This document shows, one piece after another, positions 24,581 through 37,935 of a stretch of 64,000 nucleotides of DNA. The stretch is from Raillietiella orientalis. Its lineage: Eukaryota. The position numbers and the translations under genes were made by a program. The DNA lies in the NCBI GenBank assembly GCA_036172245.1, contig JAYWIR010000020.1, forward strand, positions 3,038,001-3,102,000, read 5' to 3'. Under the pieces are notes generated by a model that ran no database searches, was not told the DNA's origin, and saw only the letters and a list, made by a program, of their open reading frames with translations. The first letter of the stretch is position 1, and each line of letters begins with the position of its first letter.

Positions 24581-27500
24581 CTGAGGGGCAGAGGCGGAAG
24601 CCGGCTTCGTGAGATGGCACTTCTGATGCGCAACGCGCGCGTGCGCACACAAACGAGCGAACGGGGGAGGTGAGGCTGAGGGGCGCGCGCCGACCTCGGT
24701 CGCAGCAGAAACGGGGGGAATCCCTCTGCGCCGGCGCCAACGTGCTGAGCAGACCCTACCAGGGAGCACAACGTGCGCCCCAGGATCTTTTGGTTGGGTA
24801 GCTCTTCCTCCCTGTCTCAGCTCCTCTCTCTCCCCACTCCCTGCACCCCCTCCCCTCCTTTCTACTTCCTCCTTTCCGGTTGAGAGAGAGCCAGAGGCTC
24901 CGTGGCACCCGAAAGGAAAGGGAGAAGAGACTGGCGGCTGCGCGTTAGGACGGAAGAGGAAGACGGAACTCTGCCCGAAGACCTCGACCTCAAGACTCCT
25001 ACACTCCCTGGAGCGCACGAAAACCCCAAGGGAAGGGCATCTCTCCACCTCTTCCCGGAGGTGGGGTCTGCATCGCCTCATGGCAAGACTGAAGAGAAAG
25101 TGGGAGGAGGACGTCGAACGGCACACTCAGGAGCTCTCTTCCGAGGTCTCCCCTCCTCGGAGAGAAGAAGGAAGAGCTCTCGAGGATACTACCGATTTCC
25201 CCCGCCTGACTCGGGGGCACGGGAAAGCGCCTTCCGTTGCCGTCTCCAGAGCCAACACTGGACGCCCGGAGGACGTTCCTCCACGATCCTCCGCGTCCCA
25301 GACTCCCGAGGACGGCGCTCCGTAGCGAGCGGGAAGACTCAAGGACTGCTTCCCTACGCCCACCGATCGCTTCTTCCTTCCTCTCCCCCATCGCATATGG
25401 GAGTCACGCATTTCCGAGGAAAAACTGAAGACGGAATCCCGGTCAGCCCCGTTCTAGAAGGGCGATGGTGCGTCCTTCTGCGCGAGCGCCGACAGGTCGA
25501 TCAGATGCTCCGCGGCTCGGCCGAGTTACCGGAGTCTGCGCGCGCTCGCAGGCTGTCGGATGCTCTCGTCTTCCCTCCCCCGCACCCGCGTGCCCCTCCC
25601 TGAGGAGATGACGCCGCGACGGCAGCAGCGCAGCAGACCCAGCGGTGTGTTTCGGATGCTGGAGCCTCCTCCAACTCTCCGATCACCAACGCGAGCATCG
25701 GCTGTGGAAGAGGGTTGGTCGCGGCCGTGGCTCTCTTCGAGGGCAACAAACGAGCAAACGAAAGAGAACCGGAAGAGAACGAGATTCGATCGTGAGGGAT
25801 GATGCTTCGGGAGGCAGCACCGTGAGGGACGGCACGTCCGAACACGGTTCGCCGCCACCGCATGGCTGCAGACGGCACATTCTAAGGGAAGGAGGAAGCA
25901 CGATGGAACTGAACACGCGGCTGAAGGAGCCGAGTCAATGCAACTTTCGGGGCAGCTTCACGGAGAAGAAACTTTCCGGAACCATTAGGCAAAGAGGTCC
26001 AACAGCCGCGAGCTCGCGAAACTATCGTTTATGTGGGGATTCGCTTCGTGAGGGACCGAGTAGTGGGCAACAAAAAAGCTCGTGCGAAGAAGAAAGCAGC
26101 AGCAACGAAAAAGACTCTCGGAGGAAGGAAGCAGTACTAGCCAACGAAGAGCTTAAAATGAGAGAAGAGAGTAAGAATAGAAAGGGGCCAGAAGCGCTTT
26201 GCTGGAGGGAGGTGGGACTTCAAACGTGGATACGCGATAGCTGACGAGAACGCGATGAACTGGTTACGGACGCATTTCTAGATGCGTGGCCAGTTTTTGA
26301 TCAGCAGTGGCTCCAGACCAGTTCTTTAGCTTACTTGAATCCCTGAACGCCCGCTGCTCTCACGCAATCGAGTAGTCCTCCTGACGAAGCTGCGGAATGA
26401 CTGCGTCATCAGGAACGTGGATTCACACGGCCGGCCCGCTCTCTCCACTCTCGAGAAACTTGCCCCAGCTCCCCACCCCTGCGCCGCCCCTGTGGAGAGG
26501 CTCTAGGAACAAACAGTATCCGTTCAAGCAGCGGTGGGCGGATCCGGGAACCTCGAGGAAGCCAGTCGACCCGGAGCCCGTTTCATCCGCACTGGCAGAC
26601 ACACGCAGCTGTCCGTGGAAGAAGCCGTCGCCTGCGCTGACCAAAGGGCGCGAGCGGAGCTTCTCTTAGGCGAGTCGCCAATTGTCGTGAGCTTCGGAAC
26701 TAGCGCAGCCCCCCCGGTCGAGAAGCCGCGGGGTGGAGTGCCCCCACCCGGCAGATCCGCGCACGTCTCTCCTGCCAACTCTCTTTGGCCCTTGCGGTAA
26801 CGAGCGCGGGGACGGAAACGGCGAACGGGCTGAGCCTGAGCTGGCCTCTCACCGCAGCAGCCTGCCAGACGCTGTCTCTTCTTCTCGGACAGCCCGTTTC
26901 AGCGACATTTGAACTTTCCCACCATCATATGGTCCATTTCCACTAATGATGCATCCTCCTTCGCATGGAACTTGCGAAAATAGAGCGATCCGGACGGCGG
27001 GGAGAAAAGGAGGGGTGGAGGCAAGAAACCCCAGAGGCTGGGTGCTCTCCCGATGTCTGAGACGGGGTACTCCACGTACCACAGCTTCGAGGGAGATTCG
27101 CAACATCGTTCCCTAAGAAACCATAAGGACCGGCGAGGAGGACTCGCCTGGCTGAGCCCTGGGAGAGGCAGAGGTGTATTTTTTATTTTTCGAGGGCGTC
27201 CTTGGACCTACGGTACGTTGTAGGGCAGGGGCGAACGAGCCGCTTCGGACAAGCCCTTGCCTCAGCGCCGCTCCGCCCGTCCAATTTCGGCAGAGGACCC
27301 CTCCATCTCCTGAGGGACCCCACGTCGCATTTCTTCTCGTCAAAACGCACCGGCGGGCTCGTAAATCGGGGGATGAGGCGTGCGGAGGGGGAAGCAAAAG
27401 ACACCGACCGCCGCTCTCCTGAAGTGGCGGGGCACCGGGAGGGGAAGGGGGAGCGAAGAGCTCTCTGCTTGCCCCAACCGCTCCTGCGAAAATCAACAAA

Positions 27501-30500
27501 CCGAATCCGAGTGGAGACGGCGGTGGGTCGGGTGAGGTTGCACCGGAGGGAGGACTCATGGCGCGACCGCAGACGCCGGACAGTCAGATCGGGGAGAGGA
27601 ACGGACGGGGGGGAGGCGAGTGAGTCTCGCATCTGGAGCGATCGTGGTAGGAGCGGCGCCGCCGCTAGAAGAAAAAAAAAAACCCAGCGCGAAAGAAGCG
27701 GAGGGGGGGAGGGGAGCTCAGGCGAAGCACCCGCGAGGCTGAGGAAGGAACCGCCAGCGCTCTTCCTGGAAAAGGCCCCAGGTGCAGCCACGAGGAACGG
27801 ATTCGAAATTTTTTTCAACGCGTTACCTGGGTATCACAGCCAAGGAACCCGACATTCTTGTCGTTCCCATTCCTCCTCCTAATTTACTGATCTCCACCCG
27901 TCGGCGCTGAGCGCTCCTTGCACGCGCGCGGGACCGGCTCCAAGACCGCCCGCCATCTGAAGCGCGTCCCACCGCTGAGACCGCAGCGATGTATCCCCGA
28001 GCGTCAACAGAAACGTTCTTTGAACGAGCGAGCTGCAAATCATCTCCCACACGTATGCGCGCGGCATGCACGCACGTGCGTGAGTCCGATCACTTTTTTT
28101 TTTTCGGCATCGCGTGATGTATGGACAAAAGAGAGAGGTCACGGAGAGGGAGGTGGTGGCGACGTGCCAGCTTCACACCAGAAACCCCGGTCTTCCGTTG
28201 CGGAGGCCGCGGTTCCTGGAGGAAGCGGAGACCAGCGGTGGCTTCTTCGATCGAAGAGATGGCACGCAACCGGGAGGAGGCACGGCTCGCAGCCGCAGAT
28301 GTTCCCTCCTCTTCCTCCTCCTCCGCAACGAATGAGGGAAACCCGCACACGAACGAGATGCGGGTCGCAGTTGCGGGGGACCGGGAAACCCTCTTCTGAA
28401 GGTGCGTCCAGGAGGAAAAAGTCTCGAAGGTGCTTCTCCGAACGCACGGCGCGAGGTGCACGCAAGACAGACACTCTCTCACGCGCACACCCATTATACG
28501 CGCGCACACAAACACATGTGCACAGCGCGTGCAGGTAGCCCACTCGAGTGTGTTACGTGCGAGAAACACGTCCAACTCGATCGATCGCTCATGCCTTTGC
28601 CGTGCACCGCAGAATGATGAAGTGGTAGTCACTAAACACAGAGCCTGCTTCATTATCCCCATGAATAAAGAAGGAAAAAAAATTTCACATGATGATGAAC
28701 GGATGCGGTCAAATGATGATGGAAAGAACAATTCGTGCCCATTTCTTCCTAGCGGGCGGCAATACCAACCAATACGACTCCGAATTCCCGATCGCTCATT
28801 AAAAGTTTTCCACAGTGCTCAGAGTGCACAAGGTCAGCACTTAGCGCCGAGTTCTCCGGGAATTCCAGCTCCCCCAGCTTTCAGGATGGAGCTCCCTTTC
28901 ATAGGAAAACGTGGATTCCGAGTCGACCTGCGGATGGAGCGAGCACGAAACAGCCGCACACATTAAAAGCAGAGTGGTCCTCCCTCACGCCTGAAGTCTC
29001 AAAGACAAGAAGATTTGTCGACCAGCCCATCGAACAAAGAGATCACAAAGAAAGGGAAGGCGATTCGGACGTTTCCTTCATTATCTCGACTCGTGCTCTT
29101 CAGAAATCTAACTTGTGGAGCTGGCCTGCTGAAGTCTTTGGCAGTCACGTCACTGTGCCCTGGTTATTCTCCGTAAATAAGGAACATTTCCAAAGAAAAC
29201 GCAAGACTTGCACGTCATCGGGACGTGTGAGGGAAAGAGTCTATCCCTTCGTTGATCTTCGTTCCGAAACAACCGCGTGCTGAAGCGAAAGCTCTGCACC
29301 TGATGCGCTGGTGCAGAAGCGCTCCCGTGTTACCAGAGATGAAAAAGGACGAGGGAACTGGGACCAACCTGTTTTCACGTCGCGGTCGGGGAACACGCAT
29401 TTGAAGAGTGGCTGAGCATCGTATAGGCGGAAGACCCTAACCATTCGCGACCTCTCCCACTGAAGATTAGAATGACCGTCAGCGCAATCCTAACGTGAAA
29501 CTCATGGTTGCATCACCAACTCTGCCAAACTGCACTTTAGAGCATCTTTGACTCCATCTTTATTTACGGTAGGTGCTCAAAAGCACAAGACGCTAAAGCC
29601 GCGGGCTGAAGCAAAGCTAACAGCATGAAAAAAAGAAATCTTCGACACGAAGATAAAGTATCGTACCAAAGGAAAACAAAACAAGGCCAACAGATTTCAG
29701 GCAGCAACCGAGTCTTCTAGAACAGAAGTGGAAATCTATTTGAGAGATGAAGCCATGAGCTTTTGCTAGCGAAGGCAACTGTCGTTTTCTGAACCACAAA
29801 CCCGGCTGAGCATCAGTTGAGCTGAAACCTCAAGGCGTCCTGTCAGCACCTGTCCTTGAAAAGATCGTGTTCCTTACGCGCATGTAAAGCTCGAAAACGG
29901 AGATCTTTGACCAAGGTGAATGCTGCACTTGATTCCTTCGATGCCAAAAGAAGGAACGGCTAGTTTCTAGGATCTGAGTAACTCTCATATGGAGCAGAAG
30001 CAGTAAAAGAGGAGAAACGGTAAGCACGGCGACGAAAGCTATCCGACATCTTCAAAACACGAACTGCGGAGACGGATCCAGTGCAGCGTCAGCAAGTGAG
30101 AAAGTGACGAGAAACTACGGGGAGATGGATACAAAGGGCGTGTGGGGTCCTTGGATCGATCGAGGAGACGATGAAGGGCGCTTCGCCGAAGACGGCACCC
30201 GTTATAAAGAAGGAAGCACATGATTTTCGTTTTGAAAGACAAACACGACCCGCTCTGCAGCTGCAAGAACGAAGCGGCAATGGCCAGCTTTGCCAAAATG
30301 GAGCGAACAAACGATTCTGAAACTTTCCAGGTCGCCAGCAAGTTTGAAACCGCTTCTTTCCCCCCACCGATACACAGATGCCTAAGTGAAGATTCACCAG
30401 CTAGAGGACAGTCAAAGAGCTTCGTGAAGAAGAAATCCGTGGGCATAAGCGAGGATTGGATATACAAGTGAGCAATGAGCATTTCAACGAAGACCAAGTT

Positions 30501-30562
30501 ACGAGTAACTTCTGGAGGAAGAGCGTGCGATGGGAAAAGGGGAAACAGGAGAAAAACAATAC

Positions 30563-32068
30563 CTTCAGCTGTTTCAAGTGCTCACTGAAGCTGTCCACGG
30601 TCGTCATGCGGTTGCTGCTTAGATTTAGCAGCCTCAAGTTGTTGAGTCCTCTGAAAGTGTCCTCTTCAATGGAAGTCAGTCTGTTCGAACTGAGATCAAG
30701 ATGGACCAGGTTCACCAATCGAGAAAAGGCGGCTTTTTTCAAGATCGTTATCTTGCTGTGGTGTACTAAGAGGGTGCTCAAGTTCTGGAAGCCAAACAGC
30801 TCCTCCTTCTCGACGTACGACAGGTTCGACTTTCCCAAATCGAGCACTTCCAGAGATGGCAGATTTCCCTTCACTTCCACCACGTGGCGAGTGCTCGAGA
30901 GGGGATTCCCTTGGAAGTAGAGGTTCCGGAGTAAGTCCAAGCTGGCATGAAAGAGAGACTCCGGAATGACCTTGAGGTTGTTGAAAGACAGATCCAGGGT
31001 ATCGAGAACAGGGGTGAACCGGAGGAATGCTTGAAGATCCGACAGGCTGTTGTGGCTGAGGTCCAAGTGGCGGAGGTGGGTCAGCCTGTAAAACGCCAGA
31101 TTGTGAATGGCGTTTAGCTTGTTGTGCCTCATCCTGAGAGTCCTCAAGTTGGGAAAAGAGAGGAAGTTGTTCTCTATGAGAGACACGTAAAAATTGTAGG
31201 AAAGGTCCAAGTGTTCCAGGCTCGTCGTGTCTTCGACGGAGTAGAACTCGTTCATGTCTTTCAGGTGATTGTGAGAAAGGTCGATTTCCTTCAGATGAAA
31301 TGGGGGGAAGAACAAAGACAGCGGCAGGCTGCGCAACCCGTTGTGAGAGAGGGCCACCTTCTTGATTTTGTTGCTGGCTCCGCGGAAAACCCTGCTGACG
31401 TTGCACGATTTTATGGAATCCAGTTCCAAAACCTCAAGACCATCTAAGCGGGTGAAAGAGGACTCCACGAGCGACAGCATGCTGTTCTGGGACAGTGAGA
31501 GATGACGGAGGTGTGGGCTGATGAGATCGCTGGCTCCGATGTTCGTCAACAGGTTGCCGCGCAAACTGAGGGTCTTCAGGCTCGGGAAGCTGCTCCAGTC
31601 CATCGAGTCCAAGGTTACGAGCATGCAGTGGTCCAGGAATATCTGCTCTAAGTGGGGCAGTCCTCCAATCGACTGCTGCTCAACTACGGATATGGGGTTC
31701 ATGCTGAGATCCAGGATTCTCAGCCTGGATAACGAGACAAAAGCGTTCTCTTCGATCTTCATAATGTTGTTGTGAGCCAGGCGCAGCTCTTCGAGGCTGG
31801 AGGCTCCCTGGAACGTCTTGGATCCAATGCTCTGCAGTCCGTTATGAGAGAGATGCAGTTCTTTCAGCCTTTTGAGGCTTTGGAACGTGTGGTCCTCGAC
31901 CGATATGATGGCGTTCTTCTCCAGGTGGAGCAGAGAAAGAAGCGGAGAGTCCTGAAAGTGACTGACTCGGATGTGCTTGATGTGATTGTTCTGCAGCCAC
32001 GCTTCCTCCAGACCGCTCAGCCCCAACAGGGAATCATCCTGGATGACAGATATCAAGTTTTCTTCCGC
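30563..32068 (-). CDS. LRR-FN3 membrane protein, coding exon 2: LRR19-40
   Basis: Acceptor cttccattccag|GCG, ~21 LRRs, donor AAG|gtattg at 30562. 1506 nt, phase 0-0. Confidence 0.95.
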
Positions 32069-32129
32069 CTGGAATGGAAGCTTAAGAGTTAACCAGCCAC
32101 AAACATGGAAGGATGGACTATTCCAACAC

Positions 32130-32400
32130 ACTCTCTAGCACTCCATGACACTCTAAGGGATCCCGACTCATTTTAGAAGAAATCCGGCACATTTGCAAAT
32201 CCTGCCTTTCATTTCTAAAAATTTTCAGGTCATCTTAGATTCGTACTCTCAAGCATCTTAGCACATTCTAAGATGTTCCATTTCGCTCTGAAACATTCTG
32301 GAGCTCTTTAAAACATTCTCGCAGGTACACAGCCTCTCAGACCTTAAACCCAAACTCCACCCCAATGTAATCCAGAGCATTCCGGAGTATTCTGAAACTG
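32130..32400. repeat. Degenerate short-period repeat (core CATTCT)
   Basis: Recurring gcacattcta, aaacattctg, aaacattctc, gagcattccg, gagtattctg in an AT-rich patch. Confidence 0.45.
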
Positions 32401-34274
32401 CTGGATTGTTTCCGAGGGTCTCCTACGGATACGCCAGCTAGCACACTTTTTGCACACCCAGATAGCAACGCGGACAAAGTAATCTCCACGTTAGGGACCC
32501 TCGTACCAGTCACATACGGATCGATCTGACGCCCATAGCTGTTGGCAGCCTTGTGAAGAGGCAATATGAAAGGCATCGCGGCTGCCGAGCGCCCGCGGTC
32601 CTTTGCGAGAGAAGAAACTCCCGGTCTGCGGGGTCCCCGCGTGTCGGAACGGGCCTTCGTCCCGCGTCCTCCTTGTCCTTCCAAGGGGCTCTTTTACGGC
32701 ACTCGAGGAGTGGCTACAGGACGCCTACCCCCCTTCAGAGAACCGCGCACGACCGGCGGACGCGCAGCCTCGGGACCATCGGGACGTTCCCCCGGGTACA
32801 AATTCCGCAGATACCCTCCCTATGTTTCATCTCCCAACGCGTGCGCGTGCGAGGGGAGCGCGAAAAGAACTCTCTTTGATCGTGGAAGCAGCCCCGCGAG
32901 GTGCGGTCCGCTGCGCCGTGCAGCTGGGCGGCTGTGACGTGGCTCTCCGGCGACTCGAGATCGTGGCGCGCCCACTGCTCTTCCTCCTTCTCGCCCGCAG
33001 CCACTGCCGGGCGTACCCGAACTTCCGGCAGAGGAACCTCTCTGTCGCCTTCTTGTGAGGGCTCCCGAGAGAAGCCAGAGACCCTGAGGTTGCCGCCCCT
33101 GCGAGCACGCGTTCCGCGCTGCCGGCCACGATGGAGACCGCTGGCAGCTCCGTCGCTTTTGCTTCTTCCTCTCCTCCCTCTCATCCTGGTAGAGTCCGTC
33201 CCTGTTCGTCGGAGAGGGCGCTGCCCGCGCCCTCGGCTCACACCTTGCGCCCCCTCGCCACACGACAGCCGCTCGGCTGCGTGGCGTCGCGTCACGGGCT
33301 ACAACGCTGCTGACGCCACCAGAGAGAGGTGCTCATGGCCTTACGGCCTTCGACTCAAGCCAACCGCTCCAGGAGACGAGGGAGGGGATCTGCGAGATTT
33401 GCATTCTCAGGTTCGAGGGAGCTTCCCGCAGGAATCGGTCCGGAGGAGGAAGGGGAGATTGCTTAGTGATGGGAAGCCCCGAACGGGTCACACCTTCCTC
33501 GCAGGTCCCGCCAGCCGCGGACGCTTCCGGGATTCCGAGGGTCCCTGAGGGTCACGACCCCTCGTGGTGCGTGTCATTTCCATCACATCCCGCGCGGACC
33601 GGAGAAGGAAAAAACCTGGAAAAGCGGGAGTCGCTGCGCCACTGAGAGCTATGGCTATCTCGTCGAACCTGGGGAGCACCATCGCCTCTGGAGGGTAAGG
33701 ATAAACAGCGTGGGCGGACTCCCGGGAGGTGAGGGTTTACAGGAAAAGGGTGACCTTCGCTGAACCTCTACATGAAGCAGGGTCAGAATACGCAGAGTCA
33801 TCCAGTAGGGGAAAGGGAGGGATAGGGAGGAAGGAGCGAGCGCCAAATCTCATAGGGGCGGCGGGTTTTGCGGGCGATGGACACGGGAATCGAAGGCGAA
33901 AGAGGCGCGGAAGTCCTCCGAGCGTTCCGGAGGAGGAGGAGTCACCCTCACAGGACGCTCCAGCAGCCGCGGAGAGGCGGGGCTGCAGGAGATCCCGACC
34001 TCTATGCCATGAAAGGCCGTGGCGGACGACGGGCTCAGCAGACCGTCCTAGGATGGGAAGAAGGTTTGGCTAGTCGTCCACCTGGACCGTGCGAGCAGCG
34101 ACCATCAGGATGAGGAAAGGAAAGCAGGGAGGCCATCTTCACCTACCGTCGACGTTGGATTCCCGACGCCCGCGCGCGTCTCCCCATCTCTCCCGAGCGG
34201 CTCTTGTGCCTGGGTAAAGAAACACGATGCCTGACGGAGGTTTTCGAGATGCAGAGGCTAGTCCCAGGTGCACC

Positions 34275-34478
34275 CTTTTCCCTATCCTATCCCCATTTCT
34301 CCCTTTCCTATTCCTCCTTCCTTCCTTCCTCCTCCCTACTCTACCCATTTCTCCCCTTCCTATTCCTCCTCCCTCCGTTCCTTCACTTTCTCTTCTTTTT
34401 CTCCTTCTGACTTCTCTCTCTTTCTCTGGGCCCCACACCACTCTACCTCCACTTCTCTCCCTCCTCTCCACTCCCCTC
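34275..34478. repeat. Polypyrimidine/polypurine low-complexity tract
   Basis: ~200 nt of almost only C/T on the plus strand. Confidence 0.85.
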
Positions 34479-36417
34479 GGATGACCTCAAGTTATCCCAA
34501 TCGAGTCCGAGAATAGAAAGATGGACTTCTCTCAACATCTCCCCTGCTGAGTTTACGGATTCCGGACTGCGGCTTCCCGGAGAAAGCCTCTTGCGGGACG
34601 AGCCAGCCATTCAGTGTGGTCCTCGGGCAGCTGGGGGAGAAGGGAAGGGAGGGGAGGGGAGGGGAGGGAGAGCCGCAAGAGAAGAACCCCTCGGTCCTCC
34701 GGCCTCCACTTTTGCTCGCGACCCGTGGTGACTCTCCCTGAGGGACACGCCCCTTCCATGACGGATCCGCGCTCCCAAGGGACTGCGGGTCACGGAAAGG
34801 GAGAAGAGGGGAGCACGAGTGTTCCCGACCCCTTCAGGGTAGGAAGAGGGTGGGGACCCTTCAGAAACCTCCCAGATGAACAAGACGTCGCCGAATTCGG
34901 AGGGAGCTTGGCAGAGACAAGTGCCCCCCTTCCCCTCTCTTACACTTGCCGGCCTCTGCGGAGGGATCGGAGTCCCGTGTCGTTCTCCCTCGTGTGAAGG
35001 GGCGCCGCCCATAGCGGACGAGGACGACCGGGATACGAAGAGACGCCCGGGACGCAGGACTTCTCTCTCTCCCCCTCCCTTTGCAGTCCGCTCATCGGGC
35101 TGTGCCCCCGCCGGCATGTGCGCCCTTGCGTGGTTTCCCGGGAAGGCACGAGGGGTGAGTCCTCTGCTTCGGACCCTCACGGAGCGGACCCTCCTTTCTC
35201 CGTCCGCAAGGCGCACGAGGTCTCCGTGGCCCTGCGTCAATGGATGGCCCCACGGTTGGACAAAGGCGAAGGCGGATCCATACGAGGTCCCAGGAACGGA
35301 AGCAACGCGGCCCTTGCTGCGGAAGACCCTGTTGTCGGGAGAAACGAAAGGAGGAGGGAGCTGTTCGGCGTCGCGGGAGGGAGGAGTCGACCGGGCAATG
35401 CCAGCAGGGATACGTGCGCGCTCACTCCAGGAGATGGGGGGGAGGGTGACCGCATGCCCGGGGACCTTGCGGCCCTTCCAACCTCGGCCCCCCGAACGGT
35501 GGAAGGTTGGAAGGAACGATGTGGTACTCCTCCCTCGAGCGAGCTCTCTTTTGCCGGGGCAGACTGTTGCGAACCACCATCCCCGGGCCTCTGCGACGGG
35601 TTCTTCGGGACCCCCTTGTAGTGGCACTCCCAGCTTTCTGGACGACGCGCCCGTTGGAAGCGCAGCCTCATCGGGTCGAGGTGGAGTCGAGCTAGCCGAC
35701 GGCGCTGCCTCCGGATCGGTCCCATCCAGACCCGTCCACTCACACAGTGACGTCACCGATGCCCCCGGAAGACGACCTGCGCCCTGATCCATCAAGCTCC
35801 TCCAACGTCGCTTTCTCTTTCTTTTGTTGCTCAGGTTTTTGCATCGAGGACCGAAGAAGACATCCGAAAGAAGATACGACCGGATGCGCGCCGCCCTTGC
35901 GTTGCATATCGAAAGCAGCACTCTGGAGACAGCGGCGACCTTGTCTCCTACACGGAGGGTCCCTTCTCCGGGAGGATGATGTGAATCGGGAGGGGAGAAC
36001 CCATCCGCCCATTCAACGCAGCTGTGAAGGTGGTAGCACTGCCGGAGGATGGGCGCGCGCACGGAAGCTGTTGAGGAGAGCCGGGCGCCAGCCTGCCGGG
36101 AGGCAATGAGCGACGTCAGGGCCTTCCGTGGGGATTCGGCTCCCGCATCGCTTTGGATGCCGGCGGCGAAGAGGCCTTGCTACGGCGGACAGGGGAAGTC
36201 GGGAGAGAGCACGGGCCGTGGGCGTGCCCCGGAGGGCGACGAGGCGACCAGAACCGGGGCGAATTTCGCGGACAACCGGCAGGAGAATAGCCCTGCCACC
36301 GGAAGACCTCCCCGCGGAAAAAGTCTTGCCGCGTTCGTCGGGCACGGCCTGGATCGCCTCGAGGTCGGCACACGCAAACGTCCACGCAGGAGCGCCGGTA
36401 CACTCGAAAAAGTTTAC

Positions 36418-37935
36418 CTGCAGGACGTTCAAGGAGGCGGTTCCATCACCCAGGAAGTTCCCGAAGCGCGTCAGGCGGTTCCCGTGGATCTTGAAGTGCA
36501 CCACCTTGAGCAGACCGGAGAAGGCGTTCATCTCCACGTACTCGATGACGTTGTGCTGCAGGTGCAGCTCCCGGAGGCTGAGCAGGGACTGGAACACGCC
36601 CCTGCGGATCCTCAGGAGGCGGTTGTCGTTGAGGCGGACGTCCTCCAGCTCCTTCTGCGCGTCGAAGGTCCCCGGGCTCAGGCTTGAGATGCTGTTGTGC
36701 TCGAGGAACAGCGACCGGAGCCTGCGGTTCTCCGAGAAGAGGTTGGCGGGCAGGCGGCTGAGGCGGTTGTGGCTAGCGTCGAACTGCGCCAGACTGGTGA
36801 GGTTTTCGAGAGCGCGCCTGTCGATGTGCTGGATGACGTTACGCTGCAGTTGCAGCACGGAGAGGTGGTGCAGGTGCTCGAACAGGCAGTCGCCGATCCT
36901 TAGGAGGTTGTTGTCGGAGAGGAACAGCTGCTCCAGGCGGGGGAGGTACTGGAACGTCCCGTCCTCGATCTCGCGCAGCAGGTTGTTCGTCAGGTCGAGG
37001 GTGGTCAGAAGGCGGTTCTCGGAAAATGTCGAGGGGCTGAGAGAGGACAAGTAGTTGTGGCTGAGATCGAGGGTGCGGAGGCCCTTGAGGGGGAAGAAGA
37101 CGCCGCCGTCCAACTCTTCGATCAAGTTGAACGACAGGGACAGGGTCGTGAGGTTCGGGGCGAAGTCGAGAGCCAGCGGCTTAATCACTCTTATGCCGTT
37201 GGAGCTCAGGTCCAGCAGTTCGAGGCTCCCCAGCCTCCACCCTGCCGGCTCCACGGTGGTGATCTCGTTCCACATGACTCTCAGTATCCCTAACCTTCCC
37301 AGTGCCCTCAGGGGATTCAGAGGCCAGCTGGACAAGTGGTTCTGGGCAAGATTCAACTCCTTCAGATGTTCCCTCAGCGATTCGAACGCTTCCTCCGAAA
37401 TCTCCTTCAGGCTGTTGCCTTTCAGACTGAGGAAGCGTAAGGACAGACCCAGAAACGACTCCCCATCCACGTGGTCGATGACATTCGACTCAAAGTTGAG
37501 GGATTTCAGAACAGACAGGTTCCGGATCGCCAAATAGGGCACGCTGTTCAGATGGCCGTTAGTGACGGTCAATTCCTCGAGGCTCTTTTCCAAGCCGGTG
37601 AACGCTTTCTCAGATATCTCTTCGACATTGGAGTGGGAGATCTGAAGAGCTTTCACATGGCTGTTCCTGAAGAGACTGTCCGGAAACCGAGACACCGAGG
37701 AGTCGAAGTCGTAGATGCTGAGGGAGCTGATGGGACCGTGAATGATCTTCAAGACATGCTCCAAGGCAGAAATCGTGATGCTGGGGCATTCGAGGTGGAG
37801 GTGTCCATCACGTTCGTAGCATGGGCAAGAAGGGTTGATTATGTAGGAAGGGCAGAGATGGTGATTGCTATTCGCGGGTTGGCATCGGTTTTCTTGCACC
37901 ATACAAGCAGCCATTAACAGTAGAGCTGATATCAT
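36418..37935 (-). CDS. LRR-FN3 membrane protein, coding exon 1: signal peptide, LRRNT, LRR1-19
   Basis: ATG at 37935 (MISALLLMAACMVQ, hydrophobic) follows acceptor ttcctcggcag (exon starts 37959). Cys cap CPSYIINPSCPCY...LEC, ~18 LxxLxLxxNxI/L repeats, donor CAG|gtaaac at 36417. 1518 nt. Frame is open back to the acceptor, so an upstream coding exon is possible. Confidence 0.93.

Noticed and set aside
27832..27853. TATCACAGCCA matching the miR-2/miR-13 5' end
   Set aside because: 3' half does not match and no complementary arm for a hairpin is visible.
30908..30928. RNLYFQG resembling a TEV protease site
   Set aside because: Lacks the Glu and is an ordinary LRR LxxLxFxGN; no vector sequence nearby.
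36049..37917. Plus-strand ORFs overlapping LRR exons (also 30456-32092)
   Set aside because: Antisense shadows of biased LRR codons.
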